This document shows, in pieces, positions 8,129 to 16,396 of a stretch of DNA of 40,577 nt. Positions within the stretch are counted from its first letter, which is position 1, and each line of letters begins with the position of its first letter. The notes beneath the pieces were generated by a model. The model did not search any database. It worked only from the letters and a program-made list of their open reading frames with translations, and was not told where the DNA came from. Source of the stretch: Dehalococcoidales bacterium (GTDB lineage Bacteria > Chloroflexota > Dehalococcoidia > Dehalococcoidales > E44-bin46). Position numbers and translations under genes: made by a program. Location: positions 1 through 40,577 of the forward strand of contig DAOUFA010000080.1 in NCBI GenBank assembly GCA_034430355.1, written 5' to 3'.

Positions 8129-10291
8129 TTAAGAGAGCATGACCCGGGCATCGACTACCACATACCCTTTATCTTGCTCTAGTGCCTTCACTGGATTGAG
8201 GTCCAGGTCCGCTATTTGTGGTAAGTCTGCCACCATTGCTGAGACCCTTAGCAAGAGTCCCTCAAGGGCCTTTATATCACAGGGCTTCGATCCCCGCCAG
8301 CCCTCAAGAAGTTGATAAGTCTTGACTGAGCGGACCATCTCATAAGCATCAACGTCAGTCAGCGGATGAATGCGGAAGGTGACGTCTTTAAATAACTCGG
8401 CCTGTGTCCCACCCATACCGAACATAATCAGTGGCACAAAAGAGGGGTCCTGAGTTACACCAACAATTACCTCGGTCCCCCCACGTATCATTTGTTGAAC
8501 AGTGACGCCTTGCATCTCTTTTTCTCTCCCGATAAGGGTCAGTCGCTTCTTGATTTGCCTAAATGCCTGTTCTACTTCTCTCTGCGAGCGAAGGTCAAGA
8601 ATTACGCCTCCAACTTCTGTTTTATGGGCTATTGTGTCTGAGAGCAGCTTCACAGCCACGGGGAAGCCGATTTCTTCAGCTGCCTGGACAGCCTCTTCGG
8701 TAGTCGCCACTGACTTCGACTGCACCAAGCGAATTCCATAGCAGTCAAGAAGCTCAGTGACAGAAATAGCATCTAGCCACAAGGGTCGAGCTGGGCTCCT
8801 CTCTAAAGCCCTGGCGACTACCTGCTCAGCCTTCTTTCTATCGGTGCTCACTATCTCTGGAATTATCCCCTTTGGTCTCCTTAGCCAGTCATTGTATTCG
8901 CAAGCCTTGGCGACGGCCGTGGCTGTAGCTTCAGGGAAAGCAAAAGAGGGAACGCAATACTCTTCTTCGGAGCCCAGTTGGATGGAGGCGCTGCGCGAGC
9001 CCATAAATGAAGCCACCAGGACCTTACCTCGTCGGCGAAACTCCGGAGCTACCTTCTGGATGGCACCAGCTACCAATTCCAGCTGTGTACGTATCGGCGG
9101 GATAAAAATGACAATCATAATGTCTATACAATCATCTTGTGCCACAAGTTCCAGTGCCTGGCTATACTGGTCGGCAGTAGCTTCAGCAGTCATGTCGATG
9201 GGGTTAGTAAGACTGGCACGAGGTTGCAGGAAATTCTTCAGCCCTGAATAGGTCTTCCCCGAAAGAGACGGCAATTCAAGGCCTCTAGCAGCACAGGCGT
9301 CAGCAGTTAAAATTCCTGGGCCACCACCATTGGTAAGTATAGCCACTCTTCTTCCCGAAGGTATGGGTTGATGGGACAGCAGGTTGGCTACGTCAAATAG
9401 CTCCTCCAACGTGTCTACCCGGATTATCCCAGTCCGCGTAAACAGTGCTTCGGAAGCCACCTCAGCAGTAGCTAGTGCTCCCGTATGAGATGCAGCCGCC
9501 CTGGAGCCCGCCAGAGTGCGTCCGCTTTTTACGGCTACAATTGGCTTGGTAGGCGTTATGCTCTGGGCTATGCGAGCAAACTTTCCGGGGTTGCCGAAAG
9601 ATTCAAGGTAAAGGAGGATAAGATCAGTAGCTGGGTCTTCCTCCCAGTATCGCAACAGGTCGTTGCTGGATACATCAGCCCTGTTTCCTATACTGACAAA
9701 ACTAGAGAGACCAATATTCAAATTCTTCGCATATTCTAGAATAGCAACTCCGAGGGCACCGCTCTGAGTACCCAGAGCAATGTTGCCGGTAGGAGGAAAA
9801 ACTGGGGAGAAAGTGGCATTCATATTGACCTCTGGGTCGGTATTGATGACCCCCATGCAGTTGGGGCCTATCAGGCGCATTCCATAGCGGCGAGCTATAC
9901 TAAGTATCCTTTCTTGCTTTTCTATCCCTTCAGCCCCACTTTCTCCAAAGCCGGCTGATATTACCACAACGCCTCGCACACCCTTCTGCCCGCACTGTTC
10001 CATCACCTGGTGGACTGTTTCTGCGGGGACGATAACCACCGCCAGGTCCACTTCTCCCGGAATATCTAAAACAGAGGGGTATGTCTTTACGGATGCCACT
10101 ACGTCAGCATTTGGGTTCACCGGATAGACAACGCCCTTAAAGTCCTGTTGCAATATGTTATGGAAAAGCTTATTACCGATGGTTCCCCGTCGTCGCGAAG
10201 CTCCGATAACAGCTATGGAACGGGGCTTGAGCAAAGCTCTCAACGAAGCTGTGGTGGCAATCTTATCCTGATCTCCAAACGTCTCCTTCAT
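8129..10291 (-). CDS. Acetate--CoA ligase (ADP-forming) / NDP-forming acyl-CoA synthetase, fused alpha-beta
   Basis: The product is 720 aa. It has an N-terminal CoA-binding domain (SIAVIGASRRRGTIG), a succinyl-CoA-ligase-like flavodoxin domain and a C-terminal ATP-grasp domain. Confidence 0.85.
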   Translation of the reverse strand: MKETFGDQDKIATTASLRALLKPRSIAVIGASRRRGTIGNKLFHNILQQDFKGVVYPVNPNADVVASVKTYPSVLDIPGEVDLAVVIVPAETVHQVMEQCGQKGVRGVVVISAGFGESGAEGIEKQERILSIARRYGMRLIGPNCMGVINTDPEVNMNATFSPVFPPTGNIALGTQSGALGVAILEYAKNLNIGLSSFVSIGNRADVSSNDLLRYWEEDPATDLILLYLESFGNPGKFARIAQSITPTKPIVAVKSGRTLAGSRAAASHTGALATAEVASEALFTRTGIIRVDTLEELFDVANLLSHQPIPSGRRVAILTNGGGPGILTADACAARGLELPSLSGKTYSGLKNFLQPRASLTNPIDMTAEATADQYSQALELVAQDDCIDIMIVIFIPPIRTQLELVAGAIQKVAPEFRRRGKVLVASFMGSRSASIQLGSEEEYCVPSFAFPEATATAVAKACEYNDWLRRPKGIIPEIVSTDRKKAEQVVARALERSPARPLWLDAISVTELLDCYGIRLVQSKSVATTEEAVQAAEEIGFPVAVKLLSDTIAHKTEVGGVILDLRSQREVEQAFRQIKKRLTLIGREKEMQGVTVQQMIRGGTEVIVGVTQDPSFVPLIMFGMGGTQAELFKDVTFRIHPLTDVDAYEMVRSVKTYQLLEGWRGSKPCDIKALEGLLLRVSAMVADLPQIADLDLNPVKALEQDKGYVVVDARVMLS

Positions 10292-10542
10292 GACCTCCTC
10301 CTGTAAGCCTAATTGACCCTGAAGGAATTATATGCCAAAGCAAGTTTTGTGTCCATTGTGCTACCAAACCACTGGGGAAGTAGGCAGCTTTCTCGATTCC
10401 TTAACTGGCACAATCTGGCGTTTTGTGTTGGTGAATTTTATCACTGTAATGGAAATCGCTACTGGTGCGGTGGCATGCCTAAAACCCATTCCTATAGAAA
10501 AAGATAGAACCTCTGAACGAGAAGTCCTACCTATTAAACGAC

Positions 10543-10552
10543 TTGGCTCCCC
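10543..10552. repeat. 10-nt copy of the tRNA-Asn 3' end (TTGGCTCCCC); candidate distal att site
   Basis: It is identical to 21078-21087 in direct orientation. It coincides with the point where composition turns AT-rich. Confidence 0.5.
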
Positions 10553-10879
10553 CTGGTTGACTTATTCCGCAACTATAAGCTTGAAATCCAGTTTACCTTA
10601 GTAGAGTTAAAACGATTGTTTGAAGTATTCAATTTGTCTCCAATAACCCATGCTTGACCTTCCCCCCAATGAATAATTCTGAAAAACCCCCAAACAGCAC
10701 GAGGCGTGCAGAAAGGTGGAAAGTTTAAAAATTGAGAACCAGAACCGAGGGACGTTACTATTCCTTTTGCGTCAGGTCGGTTTGGCATATGGATAGTTGG
10801 AAGTTTATTCATCAATAATAACTTGATAAGCCCACTGGCTTTATGATTTATAGGTCAAACCTGTATAATACTATACGCT

Positions 10880-11527
10880 ATGAGTCTATTGTGGATTATT
10901 ATCATAGGTTTAGGCGCAAGTATTATCGGCGGTCTTATTTCGGGTCGTCTCGTGATACGAAAGGTTACACACGATACAAAGCGCCTATACGCAAGGCAAA
11001 TTAAAGAAGACTTCGAGATAATGTCTATTCTTCTATTTATGTCAGCCAGAAGCTTCTTAGAATTAATCGGGTATCACATTAAAGATTTTGACGCAAATCA
11101 ACCTAAAATGATTGAAAAAGTGAATCAAACCATAGTAAATCAAGTTCGAAAGGAATACCAACGTGAGTATGAACGAAGATTATTAAAATATGATTTAAGT
11201 AAACTCATATCTCAAGTTGAAGAGCTCGTGAAAGACATTACGAACGAGACTACTGGCTTTAATAGCTTTTTTAGTAAGTATCCCTTACACGCATCTTATT
11301 TCGACGCACTTTATCAAGCGTCCTCTGCGGTAGAACTGATAATTTTTTGGCGAAATCAGATACCAGAGCAAATTAACGAAGAGCAAAAGCGGATTTGTAT
11401 ATCTAATGTAACCTCTTACCTGCTAGATGTTCTCGATTGTCTACTCAAAGCTAGCTCGGAGATAAAGTATTATTGTAAGGCGAAAGCGTGGACGTGGCGG
11501 CTTATCGTGCCGACTACTCGAACTTGA
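10880..11527 (+). CDS. Hypothetical membrane-anchored protein (215 aa)
   Basis: An N-terminal TM helix (LLWIIIIGLGASIIGGLISG) is followed by a helical soluble domain. I recognise no family. TATAAT lies at 10864-10869, only about 10 nt before the ATG. Confidence 0.55.
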   Translation: MSLLWIIIIGLGASIIGGLISGRLVIRKVTHDTKRLYARQIKEDFEIMSILLFMSARSFLELIGYHIKDFDANQPKMIEKVNQTIVNQVRKEYQREYERRLLKYDLSKLISQVEELVKDITNETTGFNSFFSKYPLHASYFDALYQASSAVELIIFWRNQIPEQINEEQKRICISNVTSYLLDVLDCLLKASSEIKYYCKAKAWTWRLIVPTTRT

Positions 11528-11658
11528 CCATCTAATTATCCGCATAAGACCGATAGATACGTCATCCCATCAAGCAAATACATTGCATATACTCTATTGA
11601 CCTGCCCCCCGAAAAGGAGTCCAGGTAAAATGTTAGCAATATTAGATGTATGATTTTG

Positions 11659-12183
11659 TTATTCAGATATTCCCAGCTGTTGCTTTAATTCTGGTTTCAT
11701 CTTTTTTAAATCCAGTTGCCCCCTTGTGTAGGCCTCCTTAAGTCGTGCTTCTATATCTTTCCAACCCATTCGGTCAAATTCACCATGTCTGCTGAGTAAA
11801 TGGGCAAAATAGACAACATTGTTTATTGACAGATTGGAAACATTGCGATGATAATGGTTCATATCACGATAGGCTGTTTTGGCAGGCTTTTTTGAGTGTG
11901 TGAAGCTAAGTTCATCAAGATAGTTTGCACTTAGCAGGGCATAATCAAAATCATATTTTATGTCCTTACGTAAAGAAACGAAGGCAGCGACAATATCGAG
12001 CAAATTAGACTTATCGTCAGAAATCTCCCACAAAGAGAGAGCATTGTTATCCGCTCTTAAATCCCTGATAATACACGAAGGCAACTCACCTTCTTTAAGC
12101 CACGAAGGAAATTGTGTTCTCTCCCAATTAATGTTGCTATATATTGCACGTAGAAAGTAAGGCATTTCATTAATATGTTTCAA
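11659..12183 (-). CDS. Hypothetical protein, third gene of the three-gene operon (174 aa from TTG 12183; 168 aa if ATG 12165)
   Basis: The ORF overlaps or abuts the stop of the upstream gene at 12170-12172. No motif was recognised. Confidence 0.6.
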   Translation of the reverse strand: MKHINEMPYFLRAIYSNINWERTQFPSWLKEGELPSCIIRDLRADNNALSLWEISDDKSNLLDIVAAFVSLRKDIKYDFDYALLSANYLDELSFTHSKKPAKTAYRDMNHYHRNVSNLSINNVVYFAHLLSRHGEFDRMGWKDIEARLKEAYTRGQLDLKKMKPELKQQLGISE

Positions 12184-12967
12184 GCCCCTTAATTGCGACT
12201 TTAATATTATTCCTCAAAATTGGAACAGTATCTGTTTCAAAAAGCATACGGAGTTGAGGTAAAGCCCTATTGTCATCTAAGAATGAAAGCCCACTAACCG
12301 CTCCGTCACGAATAATTGCAGATTCATTTTTAATTGAGTCTATGAGAAGCTCATAGCGTTCATATTTAGTATTTTGGTCTTCTATTCTGCCTAATGCTTT
12401 TAGTGTTTCGGATATTATGTCATCATCAAGGATTTGTTTCCTGATTAGGTTATTAATAATGCGGACAGCAGGTTTCCCGTTAGCTCGAATCAGTCCATCA
12501 AGAGCATTCGTGAACTCATATGCGATATCCGTATCAAATTCTTCGTTACTGTAAGCGTCAAAAATGCTGATGGCACTTTGTTCTATTTGGAGGTCACTAG
12601 CTGATATTTGAGGGGTATAGGTAGAAACTGTATCGAAAACTTCATGATAGGAATGCGTTTGTATACGACTTTGTATTGTATAGAATCTACCGGCAAGTAA
12701 CATAATTCGTTCACAGATTGATTCATCAGGTAAAAATTTTTGACCAAAACCAGAGGCGGAAAATACTGTCGCGCTCTCTGCGTCTCTATTGAACGAATAC
12801 AAATAATTTCCACGGATTTCACTCGGCAAAAATATACCACTAACTTGCGTTGCTATTTGGGGATTCTCTTGAAACAGAAAATAGCAGTACCCACAATGCT
12901 TTATTTGAGGCAAATTAGTTACTTGATATTCATAAAGAGTAGAAGCTTCAAGTTCAGTAGTGAACAT
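12170..12967 (-). CDS. Hypothetical protein with C-terminal HEAT-like repeats, second gene of the operon (265 aa)
   Basis: The ATG lies 1 nt after the upstream stop. The C-terminal third (ETLKALGRIEDQN...RDGAVSGLSFLDDNRALPQLRMLFETD) looks like HEAT/PBS-lyase repeats. The N-terminal two thirds are unrecognised. Confidence 0.6.
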   Translation of the reverse strand: MFTTELEASTLYEYQVTNLPQIKHCGYCYFLFQENPQIATQVSGIFLPSEIRGNYLYSFNRDAESATVFSASGFGQKFLPDESICERIMLLAGRFYTIQSRIQTHSYHEVFDTVSTYTPQISASDLQIEQSAISIFDAYSNEEFDTDIAYEFTNALDGLIRANGKPAVRIINNLIRKQILDDDIISETLKALGRIEDQNTKYERYELLIDSIKNESAIIRDGAVSGLSFLDDNRALPQLRMLFETDTVPILRNNIKVAIKGLETY

Positions 12968-12968
12968 A

Positions 12969-13730
12969 CTATTTATCTCCGTCAGTCGATATTTGGTCTC
13001 CGAGTTTACTTAACTCTTGAAGCAATAGAGTTAGTTTCTCTTTTGAGAATATTTTCTTGTTAGACTGATGGGTACTAATATCAAGTTCCAAACGACTGGC
13101 AAAATAACTTCTTTTTTCTTGAATTACTTCCGACTTCTCTCCAACAAACAATCCAAATCCCATAGCGCGTACTGCGCTCCATTTGGAAAGCCTGTTAATA
13201 ATAAGGCCTGGTTCAACAGTTGATTGTATTGGGCGGTTGATTTGATAAAAGAAATCAGTTGAATTTTCAATATCTATTGTTACATGATGTAAAAGAGTAG
13301 ATAATTGCTTGTAGGCTGATGCTTTATTGTCATTGACAATTAAGGAAACTGAACCTAGAGCTATCCTATTAGTTTCTGGTACAGCATCTGAAGATAACCA
13401 ATCATTCATCATCTTAAAAAACTGACCTTTGGTTTCGAATAAAGAACCAAGAGTAGGAAATGAGGCAGTTTTCTGTTGTTGTTCTTGTGATGGTGATAAG
13501 GTCCAGTTAATCCTTAAAGGGTCAGACATGTGAGTGAGTGACCCAAGAACGACGGTACCCTCCTCAATAATTATATTAGCTCTCGGTTGAGAATCAACCT
13601 TCTCTGGTTTTTCTCCAGTAAGAGTTTCCCAAAGAGGTATTACCGTTTCGATGGGTTTGGCTCTGAACAACGTAAGACGAAGCGATTCTACTTGCCAATC
13701 AATCACTTTTTTACCCTTTAAGGAATTCAA
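12969..13730 (-). CDS. Hypothetical protein, first gene of the operon (253 aa from TTG 13730; GTG 13706 is an alternative)
   Basis: This is a long ORF in AT-rich DNA, where stop codons are frequent. It is tightly coupled to the next gene. No motif was recognised. Confidence 0.6.
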   Translation of the reverse strand: MNSLKGKKVIDWQVESLRLTLFRAKPIETVIPLWETLTGEKPEKVDSQPRANIIIEEGTVVLGSLTHMSDPLRINWTLSPSQEQQQKTASFPTLGSLFETKGQFFKMMNDWLSSDAVPETNRIALGSVSLIVNDNKASAYKQLSTLLHHVTIDIENSTDFFYQINRPIQSTVEPGLIINRLSKWSAVRAMGFGLFVGEKSEVIQEKRSYFASRLELDISTHQSNKKIFSKEKLTLLLQELSKLGDQISTDGDK

Positions 13731-13776
13731 TTATACAGTCTAATGCTTAGTTTTTCTGGTGTCAACATGATTAACC

Positions 13777-13785
13777 ATTATACCA
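13777..13785 (-). promoter_or_regulatory. Extended -10 element (TGgTATAAT) for the three-gene operon
   Basis: The minus strand reads TGGTATAAT about 45 nt upstream of the first start codon. The -35 is weak. Confidence 0.4.
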
Positions 13786-13907
13786 CATAGGTTGTAATAC
13801 TCAGATTCGTATTAATTAGGGTGGCACAAATGGTATTAATCTACATTTGAATTTTATCACCTTTAGTTCAATATGACAAATATTCAAATTCCTTGCTATT
13901 GACGGTA

Positions 13908-13936
13908 TTGACAAGCTATTTAGTTCTTAGTATATG
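13908..13936 (+). promoter_or_regulatory. Putative promoter facing the noncoding region (TTGACA, 17 nt, TATATG)
   Basis: The -35 is consensus and the spacer is 17 nt. It diverges from the operon promoter, and no convincing ORF lies downstream. Confidence 0.4.
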
Positions 13937-14188
13937 TACGTCGTCAGCATTTATGGCACAACCTGATAATGAGCACTTTAACCGGTTGAATTACCCCTGT
14001 CAAGCTCCCTCACTTTGTGGTTATGCTCTCTCTTGGCTTGTAGTGTTCTTCGCTTTGCCTCCTTTCTCCTGTTGATTATACCCTGACCCTGCCAGACCTT
14101 CCTAATGTTCCTAACCTATTGTGTCCAGTCTCAGGGGTTCACTCCGTAGAGTAATTTCTTGACACCATAAAAAGTGGACATAAAACGC

Positions 14189-14217
14189 TTTGGCTTTTGC
14201 AGAGAATGTGCTATACT
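14189..14217 (+). promoter_or_regulatory. Putative promoter with extended -10 (TTGGCT ... TGcTATACT)
   Basis: TGCTATACT lies at 14209-14217 and a TTGGCT -35-like hexamer lies 16 nt upstream. It immediately precedes the GC-enriched structured segment. Confidence 0.4.
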
Positions 14218-14223
14218 AATAGT

Positions 14224-14593
14224 AGTGGGGCAGTGCCCCGTAGAACATTAATAATTGAATAGGGTAAATGCAGAGCTGTTCCGAAGCCTAAAGACTCCTC
14301 ATATCGTTCTCGAAAGAGAACCGTAAAGAGGACTCCTTCAGGTTCCGGCAGATGATATGCACCAAGGCGAAACAGAGCATCGACAAGATTGAGGGCGGGC
14401 AAGAGAAATCTCCCCAAATTCAGTCTGGCACGGCCTCTGGCAGTCAAAGTGAGCCTCACCTGAATTTAGGAGCTCTGTCACCTGACAAAGACTATTAGGC
14501 TTTGTGGTGTTCTGCATTTATTATCAGTAGTAGCTTACTGATAAACAAAAAGGAGTATTTGAAGCCAATGGGCTTTGGGTTCTCCTTTTTTTA
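14224..14593 (+). ncRNA. Candidate structured noncoding RNA (or structured replication-origin region), class unknown
   Basis: The segment runs from a promoter to a terminator with no credible ORF, and its G+C is visibly higher than the surrounding island. Hand-found helices are GGGGC-agt-GCCCC (14227-14239), GTTCTC-GAAA-GAGAAC (14306-14321, extendable by CCTC/GAGG), AAATTCAG/CTGAATTT (14416-14423 with 14460-14467) and TTATCAGTA-n6-TACTGATAA (14521-14544). Confidence 0.35.
14550..14593 (+). terminator. Rho-independent terminator
   Basis: AAGGAG...AAGCC-aatg-GGCTT...CTCCTT forms a hairpin followed by T7. On the opposite strand it is also followed by TTTTTGTTT, so it may act in both directions. 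Confidence 0.55.
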
Positions 14594-14623
14594 TTTTATA
14601 TACGGTTCTTAAGAAGATTTGTG

Positions 14624-14800
14624 ATGCAATCGAAAAGCAAGAAAACTGTAATCGAACAAACCTACCGAGAGTCCGGTAGCGAAACTGAAGAGCTACGGGA
14701 TAATGATAGGCTGTCTAAGTTTTTCGAAATTTTAATGCAAATTGACCAGAGGCAAAAACGGGATGGGAAGAATAACCGAAGTTCAAATAGTCCCTATTAA
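14624..14800 (+). CDS. Possible 58-aa ORF (MQSKSKKTVIEQTYRESGSETEELRDNDRLSKFFEILMQIDQRQKRDGKNNRSSNSPY)
   Basis: It is below the ORF-track cut-off and begins just after the terminator. It overlaps the SpoVG-like start in another frame. The RBS is weak. Confidence 0.25.
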   Translation: MQSKSKKTVIEQTYRESGSETEELRDNDRLSKFFEILMQIDQRQKRDGKNNRSSNSPY

Positions 14801-15059
14801 GCCAAAGGATGGACTCATAGCTTTCGCGAGCTTTGTTTTGGACGACAGCCTATATTTAGGCTCTATTGGTATCGCTACAAGGCTTCAAGGGGGCTACCGG
14901 CTAATCTATCCTACCAAGCGAACTGGTAATAAGGATATAAACGTCTTCCATCCCATTAAAAAGGCATTCGCTGAAGCAGTGGAAGACGAAGTAGTAAAAC
15001 GACTTGAAGATGTAATGAATAAAGGCAATGATAGACACAATAGTATTAACCCTCAATGA
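14742..15059 (+). CDS. SpoVG-family nucleic-acid-binding protein (likely start ATG 14763)
   Basis: ITEVQIVPIKPKDGLIAFASFVLDDSLYLGSIGI...GGYRLIYPTKRT...NVFHPIKKAFAEAVEDEV follows the SpoVG pattern (ITDVRIRK..G.mKA.aSIt.D..fvvh.I.v....G.f.amPsrk......d.aHPI....r..i..av). Confidence 0.65.
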   Translation: MTRGKNGMGRITEVQIVPIKPKDGLIAFASFVLDDSLYLGSIGIATRLQGGYRLIYPTKRTGNKDINVFHPIKKAFAEAVEDEVVKRLEDVMNKGNDRHNSINPQ

Positions 15060-16161
15060 GAATAGCTTCACAATCGTTGAACATGATAAGTTCAGCCCTT
15101 CCACAGAGGGACTATATTCCTCTTCCTATTACCGGCTGGGCGGGCGTGCGAATCTAATCTGCAAGCAGAACCCGACTTCTAGGGAACTGGCAGCCGGCAT
15201 CTATAAGCCCAGGCTTTCGGCTACCAAGCGACTCAATAGACATCGTAACTTCGAGATTACCCTAAAGGTTGAGTTTTCAATCCCCAAGCTCCTATTCGGC
15301 AATAACTTTGACGAGCTAGAAGACGCCGATTTCCCCCTGGTCGTCTCACGGCTAAGAGAAAAGCTCAGGGACATGGGCGTTCTCGTGACAGAGCCGATTT
15401 TATCGAGCGCCCCTATATCCAGTATCCATTTCTCAAAGAACGTGCCCCTTGTTGACTACACGACGCCCTACACCTATTTGGAGAGACTGTCTAGGATTAA
15501 CCTTAACCAACGGCTAGACCTGAATCAAACGGACTTCCGGAACGAAGGGCACAGCCTGAAATTTCGGGCTAATTCTTTCGAGGTAGCTTTCTACGATAAG
15601 ATGAAGGACTTGAGCAAGGCGAAGATTAGCGAAAAACGTGCTGAAGAAACTGAGAACGTTATCCAGATGAAGCTGTTTGAAAAACTGGAAATCAGCAAAC
15701 CCTTCGAAGTCCTTAGAATGGAAGTAAGGCTAAACAAAAGGCAAAAGCTGAAGCAGGTCTTGAAGAATATCGGCATTGAGACAGAGCCTACGTTCCAATT
15801 CCTATTCAGAAAAGACATAGCTCAAAAGGTTCTTCTTCACTATATGGGTGTGATAGAGAAGGGCTATCCTTTGATTCTCTCATACGATTGCAAAGACGCC
15901 AAAGACTTCCTATCTGATTTCATAATCCATAACCCAAAAGCAGGGCTTAAAAAGGCAATACAGATGCTAGGTTTACGAGTCCTTATAGACCAAGTGGGCG
16001 TGCGAGAATTCAGGGAAATCACGAGAAAATACGGCAAGGCGAACTGGTATCGGCTAAACAAAGAGATGCAGTCTCTTAACTATCCCCAAAGTAAGGATGT
16101 GTTTATGACCTTACGGCAATGCCTAGAAGAATTCAAGCCCTTAAAGCTTATTGACTTTTAA
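15028..16161 (+). CDS. Replication initiation protein, rolling-circle type (filamentous-phage gene II / Phage_CRI-like)
   Basis: The N-terminus MIDTIVLTLNE... resembles the MIDMLVLRLPF start of Ff gene II proteins. The size is about 377 aa. The gene overlaps the SpoVG-like gene by 32 nt. Assignment is by eye only. Confidence 0.5.
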   Translation: MIDTIVLTLNENSFTIVEHDKFSPSTEGLYSSSYYRLGGRANLICKQNPTSRELAAGIYKPRLSATKRLNRHRNFEITLKVEFSIPKLLFGNNFDELEDADFPLVVSRLREKLRDMGVLVTEPILSSAPISSIHFSKNVPLVDYTTPYTYLERLSRINLNQRLDLNQTDFRNEGHSLKFRANSFEVAFYDKMKDLSKAKISEKRAEETENVIQMKLFEKLEISKPFEVLRMEVRLNKRQKLKQVLKNIGIETEPTFQFLFRKDIAQKVLLHYMGVIEKGYPLILSYDCKDAKDFLSDFIIHNPKAGLKKAIQMLGLRVLIDQVGVREFREITRKYGKANWYRLNKEMQSLNYPQSKDVFMTLRQCLEEFKPLKLIDF

Positions 16162-16179
16162 GAAAAAAGGTGTATAATA

Positions 16180-16395
16180 ATGTTAATCAATGTAAAAGGT
16201 AGATTTATGGAAGAGAAATATTACACACCTCAAGAAATTGCCTCTATTCTGAAAGTAGCTTATATGACGGTTTATCGCTGGATTCGAGCCGGTAAACTGG
16301 AAGCTTATCAGGTGCAGAAACAATACAGGATAAGAGAAGCCGACTTCAACAAGTTCATGGAAGCTAACAAAAAGGTAACAAGTAAAGGAAGCTAA
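16180..16395 (+). CDS. Excisionase-family / MerR-superfamily HTH DNA-binding protein (likely start ATG 16207)
   Basis: YYTPQEIASILKVAYMTVYRWIRAGKLEAYQVQKQYRIREADFNKFME is the classic helix-turn-helix_17/excisionase signature. Confidence 0.7.
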   Translation: MLINVKGRFMEEKYYTPQEIASILKVAYMTVYRWIRAGKLEAYQVQKQYRIREADFNKFMEANKKVTSKGS

Positions 16396-16396
16396 A

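Noticed and set aside
10313-10815. Short ORFs (64, 89 and 80 aa) between the acs start and the first island gene
   Set aside because: They overlap each other and span the acs promoter region and the putative att site. They have no RBS and implausible compositions. The plus-frame segment 10553-10657 is considered only as a possible recombinase extension after excision.
13893-14075. 60-aa plus-strand ORF starting at a TTG within the divergent promoter region
   Set aside because: Its start codon lies inside the predicted -35 region and it has no RBS. The sequence is hydrophobic and Cys-rich with no recognisable features. It is treated as part of the noncoding transcript.
14211-14459. 82-aa minus-strand ORF (MRLTLTARGRARLNLGRF...) inside the GC-enriched noncoding segment
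   Set aside because: Its Arg/Leu/Ala-rich low-complexity composition is typical of a chance ORF in a locally GC-rich stretch. It has no RBS and no upstream promoter on that strand. The region is bracketed by a plus-strand promoter and terminator.
14224-14593. Possibility that the structured segment is RNase P RNA, tmRNA, 6S RNA or a group II intron
   Set aside because: I could not find the universally conserved RNase P motifs (GGAAAGTCCGG, ACAGAACCCGGCTTA-like), a tmRNA tag-ORF with tRNA-like ends, or a domain V-like helix. No reverse transcriptase ORF is nearby. The element context also argues against a housekeeping RNA.
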